From assembly GCF_048593235.1 (NCBI RefSeq), contig NC_133619.1, positions 640,562,558 to 640,626,557 on the forward strand: a stretch of DNA of 64,000 nt, read 5' to 3'. A program made the position numbers and the translations under genes. Below, piece by piece: positions 11,566 to 23,260 of this stretch. How positions within the stretch are numbered: the stretch's first letter is position 1; the number at the start of each line of letters is the position of its first letter. The stretch comes from Sminthopsis crassicaudata (Eukaryota). The notes beneath the pieces are model-generated. The model worked only from the letters and a program-made list of their open reading frames with translations, ran no database searches and was not told where the DNA came from.

Positions 11566-11972
11566 CTCCCAGGATGCACTGGAGTCCTGGATGGCAACGT
11601 GACCGAGACGTGTGGGCCCTACCGGAGACCAGGCGGCATCCCTGGGTACCGCGGGCCTCTGACCCGCTCCAAGCGCCCGCCCAGACATGGCGGGAGGAGG
11701 AGCCCCCACAAGGCGCCAGGCGCCTCGCTCCCACAATGCCCAGGTCGTGCGGCTCTGCTCCCACAAGATATTGAGGCGGGGGCCTGCGATGCCATGGGTC
11801 GGAGTGGCGCTGCTCTGAAAGCAAACCGGGGCAGTGTAGCCCGCTTCCCACCATTCACTGGGCACTGCGGCTCGACTTCCAGGATGCAGCTCCCAGAACA
11901 CACTGCGGCACTGGGGCCCCTTTCCCACAATGCAGCGGGGCTGCCTGCTCCTAGATCCCAGGATGCCCTAGG
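11566..11972 (+). promoter_or_regulatory. Cluster of ZNF143 (SBS)-like motifs in ZNF428 intron 1
   Basis: ctcccaggatgcact (11566), ctcccacaatgccc (11728), ctcccagaacacactgcgg (11890), ttcccacaatgcagcgg (11922), tcccaggatgccct (11956). Confidence 0.55.
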
Positions 11973-12900
11973 GCGGTTTCTCTCCGCCACCGTGGCCCAG
12001 CGTGCTCCGGGACAATAAGCCCCGGGCGCCGCCATGCTCCCAGGACAGCGGGAGGGGCGGGGCCGGCGGGAGGGCGCGCGGAAGCGGCCCCGCGGGCTCC
12101 CGACATGCCTCGCGCGCGAGCGCCCCGCCCCTCCCCTCCCCCGGGCACTCACCACCCCTGGCGACCTCGCTCCGCTCGCTCCGGTCGGCGGCGGCAGCAC
12201 GCAGGGCCCCGGCGCCTGCGCAGAACGAGCTTGAGCAGCGGCGGCGGGCGGGGGGCAAAGCGGAGCGGCTACTTGGCGGGCTCCAGAGCGCCTGCGCTAT
12301 GGGCTGGACCATCCGGCCAAGGCACGGGGGAGGAGCGGCGCAGGAGCGGCTCATCAGAGACCCCCCCCCCCCGAGGGTCGCTCCTCCCCCGCTCTTCCTA
12401 CGCTTGGTAGAGCTGGGGCGGGGCCTCAGGCTCGCAGCTAGGGGAGGGGGCTGCTTCGTAGCGGAAGGTCGGGCATGTCGCGTTCTTTTACTGGAGTGTG
12501 TCAGGGTCTGGGTCTGGGCGTGTCTAGGGTTCGAATGCTCCCTCTCGCGCGGTGTGATGTCCCCCCTCTCCCCCGCCCCTCTTCTCCCACCTTCCCAGTA
12601 TGAAATGAAGGGGTTGGAGTTAGAAAGCAGCGCGATTCCCCGGTGCTTGCTGGGAGAGTGGCGCTGCCCACGCACGTGCCCGGGCCCCAGGGGAGGCCGG
12701 CTTGGTATGCCCCCGGGCTGGGCCGCGCAGGGGCGCAGCAATTTGCATTTCGGATCTGCAGAGCCCGGACGGGGTGGGGGGGGGGGAGGTCTGTAGCCCC
12801 GGCCAGAAAGCATGCGCACGAGGACTTGGGCGGAATTGGGGAGGGGGGCGTGCACTACCTAGGACTCCGCCTCGAGTTCGGGGGTGGTCCCTCCGTCTGA
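11950..12900 (-). promoter_or_regulatory. ZNF428: CpG island: ZNF428 promoter and probable non-coding exon 1 (donor after 12153)
   Basis: Very CpG-rich, GC boxes, tgcgcaggcgc NRF1-like motifs, donor GGTG|gtgagt. Confidence 0.7.
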
Positions 12901-13259
12901 CCCTTCTGGGGCGGAGTTTCTCTCTGGTTTGCCCGGAGCCTGGGCATCTCCCGCCTAGCTCCTGTCCCCAACTCTCCCCCTGGACCCCCATCCCAGGGTG
13001 TTGGAGTACTGCCCTCTGCCCCGATTCCATCGTCCTACGGTCGGGGGGCATTCCGGAACCCCGTCCGGAGTCCTAAACCCCCTGCCCCTCCCCCCTTCTT
13101 CGGGTCTCTCCCTGTGGCTTCTTTCACACTTTCTCCAGGCTTTTCCCACTTTTCTTCCGTCCTTCCCAGGGGGCATCATCCCGGCCCAGAATCCAGCTGC
13201 TCTACTTCCGGTCCCTCTCCCCCCAGACAGACAAACGAGCAGTCTTAATCTCTCCTTAG

Positions 13260-13265
13260 TTTAAT
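13260..13265 (-). terminator. CADM4: Probable CADM4 polyadenylation signal (ATTAAA)
   Basis: tttaat on the plus strand, at the end of a ~1-kb 3' UTR with an AU-rich block at 13380-13440. Confidence 0.55.
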
Positions 13266-14228
13266 GGTGGTTAGTGGGGCTGCCACCCCCTCCGTACCCC
13301 CCTCCCCCCCGTACAAAACGTGTTTTTACAAGAAAAAGGCCTGGAATGGGGGTGGATCGTGGTGGTGGTGGTGGGGGGTGAAATCTGATTTTTTTTTTAA
13401 TACAGATTTTTCATTTTTTAATATATTATATATAAAACCACAGAGACGCACACGTGGACCCTGGGCCTCTCCCCCGGAGGCCTGGAGAAGGAGAGAAGGG
13501 ATGGGGGCGAGCCCTGTGGGAGGCCTGGGGGGGTCGAGGGAGAAGGGATCCAGGGGAGGCATGTGGTGGGTGGGGGGAGCCCAAGCTGTGGGCAGGAGTG
13601 GGGCCTGGAGAGGGGGACAGGCCCCCCTCCCCCATTACGAGTTATGACAAAGACACAGAATCCCCATCCCTCCCCCCCAACCGTGCGAACATGGCTTTGC
13701 AAAGAGCAGTCCCCCACGTCTGTGGGGACTCTCACAATGGCTGGCACAGCGCCTAGGGAGGGATCCCGGAGAAGACAAGTCCCCTACCCCCACCCCAGGC
13801 TGCTCCCCAACCCTGCCACCCCCCCTCCCCCAGACTCTACCCCTATTCCCACCCCCTACCCCCACCCTGGACCCAAGTGTCCAGCCCCTGGCCCATCAGA
13901 GACCCAGGTCTCCAGATCTCCTCTTCCTTTTGGGGAACTCAAGTATTATCCTCCCCTTCTGGGGAACTCAAGACACCCTGATTCCCCACTCCCTGCCCCT
14001 TTGGGGTCCTGAGTCCCCATTCCCACCCCCTTAGGCATCTCGACATCCGGCCCCCAGTCCTAACCTCCCTCAGAAAGGCCCAGGTGCGGCCTCCCTGTCT
14101 CGTTGGATGTTAGGGGTGGGGAAAACTCCCAAATGGCCCTTAGCCCAGGTCAAAGTCTTTGCTGGTTCCGTCCTGGACTGGGGAGACCCCGCCGGGGCCA
14201 GGCCTGGGGCCGGGGACACGGGGAAGGG

Positions 14229-14338
14229 TCAGATGAAAAATTCCTCCTTGCGCTTGTGTCCATCGCCCCCGTTCAGAAAGGCCTCGCGGGCCTCCCCTTG
14301 CTCATCCAGTCCGCTGGCCTCGTGGGTGAGATAGGAGC
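14229..14338 (-). CDS. CADM4: CADM4 exon 9 (cytoplasmic tail, PDZ-binding EFFI)
   Basis: GSYLTHEASGLDEQGEAREAFLNGGDGHKRKEEFFI*; acceptor ctctccag. Confidence 0.98.
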
Positions 14339-14643
14339 CTGGAGAGGGTGGGGGAACGGGGGTGGGGGGGCACAGAGAAATGGAGAATGAGCCTCGGTCG
14401 GCAGAGATGGGGCGCAGAGAGAAGCAGAGCTAGTCCGGCTCAGAGAGGCAGGGCCGGACACAGGTTTCTGATGCTGAGACCGTGTCGGAGGCACAGAGCC
14501 GGGAAGGGCGGGGACGCCTCCGGGACCGGCCCAGGGGCACGCTCCCAGCGCGCACCTTTCCGGCCAAGCCCCGCCCCATCCGCTTTTCGCCAATCAGCGA
14601 CCCCAGCCCCGCCCCTTGGCAGCCCGGCCCCGCCCCCGCTCAC

Positions 14644-14772
14644 CCTTCTGCCGCACGGAGCACCAGACCATGCCCACCAAGACGCAGATGATGAGGAAGA
14701 CGAGCAGCGCCAGGATGCCCCCCACGATAGCGTAGGGCACTGAGGTCTGGGCCTCCACCACCGCGCCGGGGT
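14644..14772 (-). CDS. CADM4: CADM4 exon 8 (transmembrane)
   Basis: PGAVVEAQTSVPYAIVGGILALLVFLIICVLVGMVWCSVRQK; AG/GT boundaries; 129 nt. Confidence 0.98.
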
Positions 14773-14930
14773 CTGCTCGGCGAAGGAAGGCACAGTTACC
14801 GGGGCGATTGCAGGGACGGGGGCGCGGAACCCCCTGCCCTCGCCGACCTTCCGAGCCCGCCCCCCAGCGAAAACGGGGCGTTCCGTCGGATCCCCGCCCC
14901 TTTCCTCGTGCCCCGCCCCCCGTGCCTCAC

Positions 14931-15103
14931 CGTAGACCACCAGCACGTAGAGAGCTCGCGCTTGGCCGTGCTTGTTCCCGGCCTCACAAGTATAGGTGCC
15001 GTTGTCTAGGGAGGTGAGGCCAGGGAGTGTGAGCGTCTCTCCCACCGCCTCTGCCCGCTCGGGGAGCGACTCATTCCCCCGGCTCCACCGGATCTGCCCG
15101 GGC
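14931..15103 (-). CDS. CADM4: CADM4 exon 7 (Ig3)
   Basis: PGQIRWSRGNESLPERAEAVGETLTLPGLTSLDNGTYTCEAGNKHGQARALYVLVVY; 173 nt. Confidence 0.98.
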
Positions 15104-15407
15104 CTGCGAGGAGGGGCCAGAGAGCTCAAGGGCCCAGGCAGCCGGCCAGCCTAGTCTCCGCTCTCTGGGACCCCTCCTCCTCCCCCCGGACCGGTCACTG
15201 CAAGCCTCCCAGTCTCCCCAGTCTCCCTCCCTCCCTCCTCTGGGGACCCAGACACGCCGATCCCCGAGTGCACTTCGCCGCTGGGTGACCCAGGGGTCCC
15301 AATCCCGCCGACCTTCCTCCCCCAGGCAGTTCCCGGCCTCCAATCCTGGCTCCCTTCCCCGCCAGTCTTAACCTTCGAATCCCGTTCCGTCCATCCCACT
15401 CTCTGAC

Positions 15408-15498
15408 CTGGGGTTCCCTGTGACAGCGCAAGTCAGCACCAGCGTGTCTCCCTCCCTCACCACGGCCTGGGAGGCGTGAATCCGGGCACTGGGGGAGT
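15408..15498 (-). CDS. CADM4: CADM4 exon 6
   Basis: SPSARIHASQAVVREGDTLVLTCAVTGNPR; 91 nt. Confidence 0.97.
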
Positions 15499-16519
15499 CT
15501 GTGAGCAGAGCGGGCGGGGAACGTCAAAGCTGGGAGGCCAAGGCCCGCTTCTCCCCTCCACAGGCCTGGCCCACCCCGGCCCCGCCCAGGATGGCCAACC
15601 CTGCTCTGCCCACTTTCCCAGGTGGCAGAGAACAGACCAGCCGTCCAGGAGCCCCGGGCCCCAAGCGTGGAGCCTGGCTGTTTCCTGAATTTGGGCAAGT
15701 CGCTTAATCTAGTTAAATAATCCAAGTTCCAAGAGGGTGGGCAGCCAGATGGCATGGATGAGGGAGGGGAAGGGCACTGGATTTGGTGCTGGGAGGACTG
15801 GGTTCTAATTCTGCCTTAGTTTTCTCAAGAGTAAAATGAGGATGTAGCACCTCCCTTCATAGGGCTGTTGTGAAGGTCACAGTAGATAACTTTATAATGC
15901 GAGGGATTATTTGTGCATTTTAGATTTCCATCGGAAAGGACCCTCAAAAGTCCCTAGTCCAGCTTCCTCGTTTTCAAATTGAAGACTGAGGTTTAGGGAA
16001 ATGAAACAATGTGTCCAAAGTCACAAAGGCAAATAAGGAATGAAGTGGAATTCACACTCATGTCCCATAGTCCCCTGCTGCTGCCAAGGCCTGCACAGTT
16101 CTAGGGCTTAGGGCACCTCGGGAGCCGGATTTGGGAGGTGTATTAAAGACCAGACTTCTCTCCTAAACTGGACCAAACTGGATTCTGGAACTCTCTTAAG
16201 GACATTTGTCATTTCCAGTCTGGGATCTTCACTTAGTGAAGCCAAGATTGTGTTGCTCCTGAGGATGAGGTTGAACTACATTATGCCCAGGGGAGAGCTG
16301 GTTGTTTAACCATGGGAGAGTCATTTGAACTCTAGACCTTGGTTTCATAAATGTCTAGGGTAGGTTCCGGTATGTGAGATTTCCTCTCAGAAGCTCAGGG
16401 TCCCTGTCCATCAGAAGCAGGGATGGATGGGAATCATGACCAAAGCCCTTTCCGCCCAGGAACCCTCTGCTGCTGTTTTGGGGGTGTTGTGCCCTCTCCC
16501 CCAGAGCCTGGTCACTTAC

Positions 16520-16684
16520 ACTGGACATCCAGCACGTACTGAGTCTGCTTGCTGTGGCCTGGAGGGAGGGCAGCATTCTGAGCCTCACATGTCACGATGC
16601 CGCCGTCATCCTTCCGGTCCACTTGGAAGCGCACTGTGCTGGCCACGCTCCACACCTTCCCATTCTCTTGCCGGCTGTCCACAC
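16520..16684 (-). CDS. CADM4: CADM4 exon 5
   Basis: VDSRQENGKVWSVASTVRFQVDRKDDGGIVTCEAQNAALPPGHSKQTQYVLDVQ; 165 nt. Confidence 0.98.
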
Positions 16685-16861
16685 CTACCCAGAAAGATGA
16701 ATTCTCTTCGCATCCCAGTTCCTGATCCATCCCCAGTGGTCCAGACCTCAAGGACCATGCCCTTTCTCCAGAGAAAAGGCCCGTTTCCAGGCTCCCCTCC
16801 CCTTCCCCAGCTCCCTCTTTCCCCCTCTCCCCATCCAGGCCCTCCCTCTAATTCCTCTGAC

Positions 16862-16996
16862 CTCTAAGTTCTTTTTTGTCCCGGTACCATCGAAGCATGG
16901 CTGGCGGTCGGGATCGGGGCACGACGCAGCTCAATTCCACCTCGCCACCCTCTACAGCCTGCTCCCGGCCTTCCACTATGGGGTTCTCCGGGGCCA
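16862..16996 (-). CDS. CADM4: CADM4 exon 4
   Basis: APENPIVEGREQAVEGGEVELSCVVPRSRPPAMLRWYRDKKELR; 135 nt. Confidence 0.98.
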
Positions 16997-17962
16997 CTGC
17001 AACAAACACGGAGGGGATCTCAACATCACAGAGAGATGAGTGGGGATGCAGGCAAAACACGCCACCGAGATTTGGAGTCAATTGAAATCCAGGCTTCTAC
17101 TTTCATCAGTCAGCCAATAAACTTTCATTAAGCAACTATATATAGTTGCCAGGTGACTGGGCAGCTCACTTAATCTCTCGGGGACTCGGTTTCTTGATTG
17201 GAGAGAGGACTGATACTAGAAAACCTCCCCTTCTGCTGTTCCCCACACAAATCCTTCCATGTCTCCTCAAAGCCTTTGCACAGCCTATCCCCAAGTTTCC
17301 TAAGCGCTCACTTCACTTCCCTCAATAATTTTTCTGAGTTCATCAATTGTTAATGGCCTCTCACTCCCTGCAAGGTATATATTTTGAATTGATTCATTTC
17401 TACATGTTGTTTTCCCTTTCCACTATAAAAGGTAAACTCCATGAGGGCAGAGGCTGATTGTGTGTGTGTCTGGTATCACATGTAGCTTCTGTTCTTCATC
17501 CACTTTATGGCCATCATCCCAGTCCATTTGCCTTCCTGGCACACAGTGTTAGAAGTGCCATATCTGTGTCTTTGTGCCATCTCCCTCTCTACTTATTTAA
17601 TAAATATGAACATTTATGTGCCAGGAACTGTGTTAAGCAATAGGAATACAACGAAAGAGCAAAGACAGTCCCTGTTCTCCAGGAGTTCACAGAGCAGAGA
17701 GTACAAACAGGATAAATTGGAGATGAGCAACAGAAAGAAGGCACTAGAATGAAAGGGGATCAGAAGAGACTTCTTGTGGAAAATAAGGTCTTTAGCTAAG
17801 ACTTGGAGGCAGTCAGGAGGCAGAGGAAAAGAGGGAGAGTGTTGCAGACATAAGGGACAAGCAGAGAAAATGCCCGGAGCGGGAAGATGTCTTAGGAACA
17901 GCAAAGAAGCCAGCCACAGGACTTCCCAGACAGGGAGTTTAAGGTATAAGAATCCTGGAAAG

Positions 17963-18017
17963 GTGTGAATGTGTGAATGTGTATGTGTGTATGAGTGTGT
18001 GTGTGTGTGTGTGTGTG
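17963..18017. repeat. Imperfect (TG)n microsatellite
   Basis: Read directly. Confidence 0.85.
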
Positions 18018-18651
18018 TAGCAGGTTACAAAGGGCTTTGAATGCCAATTGGACAATTTTATATTTGATACTGGAGGACAAAGAGAGTTACTGGAGTTGAC
18101 TGAGTCGGGGGATAGTATGGTTACACCTATGTTTTTAGAAGATCCCTTTGGTGCCTGAGTGAAGGATGGACTAGTGCAGCAGTCCCGGTGGAAGGTGGTA
18201 AGGGTCTGCAGCAGGGAGGAGCAGTGTCAGAGCAGAAAAGGGGACCTGAAAGTCTTTCCCTCCTCATCTTTGCCTCTTGGGGCACTTAGTTTCTTTGACT
18301 CAAGTGTTCCTGCTGCCGGAAACCTCCCCTTGTCTCCTTAGTAGCTAGTGCCTTCTCCATCCAAGGTCACCTTGAGCCAGCTGGTTATGTCCTGTCTATC
18401 CATTGTTGTTTTCTTGTGACCCCATTTGGGGTTTTCTTGGCAGGGATACTGAAGTTGTTTGCCATTGCAATTTCCAGCTCGTTTTACAGAAGAAGAAACT
18501 AATTTGTCCGTGACCACACAGCTAGTAAGTGTCTGAGGCTGGATTTGAACTCATGAAGATGAGTCTATTCTATCTACTATGGCGCCACCTAGCTGTCTAT
18601 CCATAGAGATGGACATTTAGGTTTCTTCTAATAGAATTCAAGCTTCTTTAG

Positions 18652-19048
18652 NNNNNNNNNNNNNNNNNNNNNNNNNNNNNNNNNNNNNNNNNNNNNNNNN
18701 NNNNNNNNNNNNNNNNNNNNNNNNNNNNNNNNNNNNNNNNNNNNNNNNNNNNNNNNNNNNNNNNNNNNNNNNNNNNNNNNNNNNNNNNNNNNNNNNNNNN
18801 NNNNNNNNNNNNNNNNNNNNNNNNNNNNNNNNNNNNNNNNNNNNNNNNNNNNNNNNNNNNNNNNNNNNNNNNNNNNNNNNNNNNNNNNNNNNNNNNNNNN
18901 NNNNNNNNNNNNNNNNNNNNNNNNNNNNNNNNNNNNNNNNNNNNNNNNNNNNNNNNNNNNNNNNNNNNNNNNNNNNNNNNNNNNNNNNNNNNNNNNNNNN
19001 NNNNNNNNNNNNNNNNNNNNNNNNNNNNNNNNNNNNNNNNNNNNNNNN
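18652..19048. other. Assembly gap (N run) in CADM4 intron 3
   Basis: Run of N. Confidence 1.
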
Positions 19049-19319
19049 TTAATATTTTCAAATGTTTATTGACAAATTGGATCCCAGCTACCCAGCACAC
19101 AGACACTTCATAAACTCCAGGATAAATTAATTGGGAAATGAAAGCCTTCGTCTACAATAAGAGGACAGTTATAGGAATCAGAGCAATTCTGCCCAGAGAT
19201 CAGACTGATAGGTGACAATTCTGAAAAATCCAAGGGAGCTTGGTCTGAGGTCACAGAGACATCAAGGTTTGCAGTGTCCCAAATTTCTCAGGCTTAAGAG
19301 AGGATTTGCGGAGCCTTAC

Positions 19320-19472
19320 CAAGCACAGTGAGGGTGGCAATCTGGTGATGGGTGTCTTCTGTGTACAGCTGGCAGAAGTAGCCGCCCTCATCATCCAGCC
19401 GGGCATCTGAGAGCCTTATTCGGACCCTTCTGGGGGAGAACTCCTCCAGCTGGAAACGCTCGTCCTTTAGAG
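19320..19472 (-). CDS. CADM4: CADM4 exon 3
   Basis: LKDERFQLEEFSPRRVRIRLSDARLDDEGGYFCQLYTEDTHHQIATLTVL; 153 nt. Confidence 0.98.
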
Positions 19473-19779
19473 CTGGGCAGAGATCACAGAAGGGTGAGAG
19501 AAGACCCCCCTGCTCTTTCTAAAACCCTCCCCAACTCTCACCACTTTTCTACCACTGACTTCTTTCTCCCCTGACCCAACCCACACCTCCATCTCTGTTT
19601 GTCTCCCCACCCTGGACCACACTCTCCCTTTTAATCCTCTCACTGCCCCATCCTTCCCTCCCTAGTCTAGACCCTGAGGCTGGAGGCATCTGGGCTTGCA
19701 GGGACTTGTCCCAGGAGCACTTGCCACCCAGGGCCCCGGGCTTGCTCTGTCCTAGTCCCCCACCCCGAGAGAGCCTCAC

Positions 19780-19926
19780 CTCTGGTGCCATTGAAGAAGA
19801 GTGTTTGCCGGGCTGGGTTCTGGAGGACCACGATGGACCCGTCGTACTGGTGCAGTCTGCAGGTGATCTCGGCCACCCCGCCCTCTGCCACAGTCACGTT
19901 CTCAGTCTGCACCCCCTGGGCCGACC
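19780..19926 (-). CDS. CADM4: CADM4 exon 2 (Ig V)
   Basis: SAQGVQTENVTVAEGGVAEITCRLHQYDGSIVVLQNPARQTLFFNGTR; 147 nt. Confidence 0.98.
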
Positions 19927-22712
19927 CTGGTCACCAGAGACATGGAAATGCACGCTTTTCAGAGGCAGCCAGGACTCCTGGATCGTTTCTGGGCCTCTCC
20001 AGAGCTCCATCCTTCCGGGGGCTGAGCCAGAGCCACCCTCTTCCTCATCTCCATCCCCACCACCCCTGGCGTCTCTCTCCTAATCCAAACTATGCTTTCT
20101 CCACCCCAGAAACAAGCCTGGTCCGGAGTCCGTCCCCACCCCATTCCCAGCAGCATTTCCGCCCTGATTTTATTCTTTTTATTTATCCAGAGCCCGATTT
20201 CCCCAAACCCTCCCTGGGTTCCTTTCTCCCCCAGCACCCTATTCAAATGCTCCATCTCCTTTTCCATCCAGCCCCATCCTCATTTTCATGCGCATTTCCA
20301 TATCTCCCTTCTCCCCTCCCCACCCCCCTCCTGTCCCTGGGGGGTCTCTTGTGTCTCCCTCCCAGCTCAGTAACAAGCTGGGCTCGTGGCAGGAATGTTA
20401 ATGTCCCCAGAGCCTTTGTGTCCATTGGGAGTTGGGGGGGAGGGGTGAGCCTAAAAGCTCTAGGAGGAGGCTGGGCCTGGGGGCCGGAGGCTGGGCCAGA
20501 GGGCTCAGGCTCAGGGCGCGGGCCCTTTAAACCTAAGGTTGTGTTGACAGCGCCGGGGCATTGCCATAGAAATAGTGCCAGGAGCAGCGGGAGGAGGAGG
20601 GGAGCCAGAGCGAGGAGAAGGAAAGGGACAAGAGCCCGAGGCCCTTTCTTCCTCCCCGTCTTCCGCTCGGTCCAGAGTCCCAGGCGTCCTGATTCCCCAG
20701 CTCTTCTCCCCTCCCCTCATAGAACCGCTTAAGCTGATCCTCCCTAGCCTGGGCTCCACAGGGACTCAGGAGTCCTGACCTCCCCCCCCCCCCCCCCAGG
20801 CATCCGGGCCCCAGCTGTCACCAGGCGGGTTTCCGTGGTGATGGACCGATCCTAGGGAAGGGGGGAATCAGAAAGGAAGAGAAGGGGGGGGCGCCCCTCA
20901 CGCTGAGTCAGCGAATCCCCGCGGGAGCTCAAGGTCGCTCAGCGGAGAAGGTCATTTCCCCCCCACCCCAGCTCCCAAGATTCTGAACAACCCCCCAGGT
21001 TTCCGGAGGTGGTACATTCCACGCCCCCCACCCCCCATCAATGGCCGAGTCCGGAGCATCCTTTGCACAAAGCCCCGATTATTCCAGCTCTGGGTGTAAA
21101 GGCGCCTGTATTCCAGGGACCCAAGCTCCCGACCGCCCTCCACCCCCAGGCTTCAAGACCCAGGCGCCAGATTCTCCTTCTCCTCCTCCTCCAACCTTAA
21201 GGACCCGACACCCAGAGCAACCTCTGTCTTAAGGGACCCAGGTGCCCCAAGCCCCCTTCACCCCACTTCAAGGATCCAAACGACTGAGTTCCTGGTGCAT
21301 CCCCACCCCCAGGGACCCTCCCTGCCATTATCCAGGCACCTGAGCGCCCGCCTCCCCCTTCCTTTCAGAGATCCAGGTCCCTGGGCTCTCACTGTGCTGC
21401 AGCTGCCCAGCCCCCCCAGGCCTCCAGTTTGAGTTCCCAGAACCAGGGAGTTGGGCATCTAGGCTCCAGGGACCAGGGACCTGCCTTCTCAGTCCCCGAG
21501 GCCCCCAAGCAGCCAGGCTTTCTGATAGCCTTTCAAGGGCTCAGAGAGCCTAAGTCTAGGCTTCTGGGAAGTCAAGTGGAAGGGCGTGCAGGTAGTAGTG
21601 CTCTGGGTCACTGAGTCAGTCAGGCGTGGAGCTACCCTTCCCGGGACACCCAAATCTCAGCAGGCAGAGGGCCCCGGGGCCCAGCTCTTCGGGGCACCCA
21701 GAGTCTGACAGAGAATGTGGATGGGGGTGGGGAGGGTGAGTCAGCAGTTGGACTCACACAAAGCCCCCCTGTGGCCCCCGCATTCCTGGGATTCCCTGAG
21801 CTCCCAAGATGCTGGGCCGGAGCCCAAGCCGGGGGCGGGGATTCCTAGGAGGCTTCCCCAGAAGTGTCCCAATATACCCCTCAGGAAGCACCCTGACTAG
21901 CCTGGGCACCTGGTGGGGCTGGAGGGGAACAGAAGGTCGGGCTACCTGGGGCCTGGCAGGGCCGGACAGCAGAGTGCCTGGCTTCTTGAAGAGTGGGGAC
22001 GAATGGAGACAAAAAGTTTACTGGTGCCATGAGGGGTTGGGAACTAAAGGTCTGTCTCTCTCCCTCCCTGGGGGAGAGAAAGCCTGCTTTGTCCTGGCGG
22101 GGACAGAGCTGCCTCGCACGGCATTAACCACCCCCAGCTCAGTCACCTCAGGGACCCGAGCATCCTCATCCCCTAGGCCTCACCAAGCCCATCAGGGACC
22201 CAGGGGGCCTTAGAATTGCAGAGCTGAAAGATTTGGACTCTCTCCTCCCCCCCCCGAACATTTCCCTCCCTTCCTCTCCCATGCCCACTCACATGCCCCC
22301 CTCACCCACACCCAGGGCATCCTCCTGTGGATGACTCAGAAGAGCCCCATTCAAAAAACCAGAATTCCATCTCCCCAGCAAGGCACGCAGCAGCCCGGAG
22401 GCCAGTCCTGGGGAGTGGGAGGCGGTGACCACTGGGCGCCTTTGTGTTTTAGTGTCTCTATTCCTGTTTCTTTGTTGTTTGTCTGTTTCCACACATCTCC
22501 TGATGTTTCTGTGTATCCTTTCCCTCTGGTACCTTTCAAATGTCCTTCCCAGTGGCAAGTAGGGGGGCTCTGGGTTGGGGGGAGCTAGAGGAAAGGTAGG
22601 GAGCCAGAGCAGCAGCTCCAGAGCAGTTCCCAGTAGCCTAGAGAATAAGTGTTTTCCTTAGTCACTCCTTCCCCCTTAGTCTCTAAAATCTGGAGACAAG
22701 GTCATAACATGT

Positions 22713-23260
22713 TCAAACTAGAAAGTCCTATAGACACACCATCAAGCCTAACCCTCTTGTTCTCCAGGTAGGGAAACTGAGGCCCTGAAGAACAGGAGGG
22801 ATTCTCACACTAGAAAGAGCCATAGGCACACCATTAATCCCAATCCTCTTGTTTTCCAGGTAGGGAAACCGAGGCCCTGAAGAACAGGAGGGATTCTCAA
22901 ACTAGAAAGACCCATAGACACACTATTAAGCCCAATCCTCTTGTTTTCCAGGTAGGGAAACTGAGGCCCTGAAGAATAGGAGAAATTCTCAAACTAGAAA
23001 GACCCATAGACACACTATTAAGCCCAATCCTCTTGTTTTCCAGGTAGGGAAACTGAGGCCCTGAAGAACAGGAGGGATTCTCACACTAAAAAGACCCATA
23101 GACACACCATTAAGCCCAATCCTCGTTTTCCAGGTAGGGAAACTGAGGCCTTGAAGAACAGGAGTGATTCTCAAACTAGAAAGACCCATAGACACACCAT
23201 TAAGCCTAACCCTCTTGTTTTCCAGGTAGGGAAACTGAGGCCCAGAAGAGCGGGAGGGAT
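22713..23260. repeat. ~91-bp tandem repeat, 6 copies, derived from a MIR-core SINE (reverse orientation), in CADM4 intron 1
   Basis: Unit tctcaaactagaaagacccatagacacactattaagcccaatcctcttgttttccaggtagggaaactgaggccctgaagaacaggagggat; gaaactgaggc is the reverse complement of the MIR core. Confidence 0.9.

Noticed and set aside
20823-20845. Possible REST/RE1 site in CADM4 intron 1
   Set aside because: About 15 of 21 positions match, but key positions are mismatched.
22750-23230. Six ttccag|GTAGGG acceptor-plus-donor motifs resembling recursive splice sites
   Set aside because: They lie on the plus strand, antisense to CADM4, and are a by-product of the repeated SINE unit; no plus-strand host transcript is evident.
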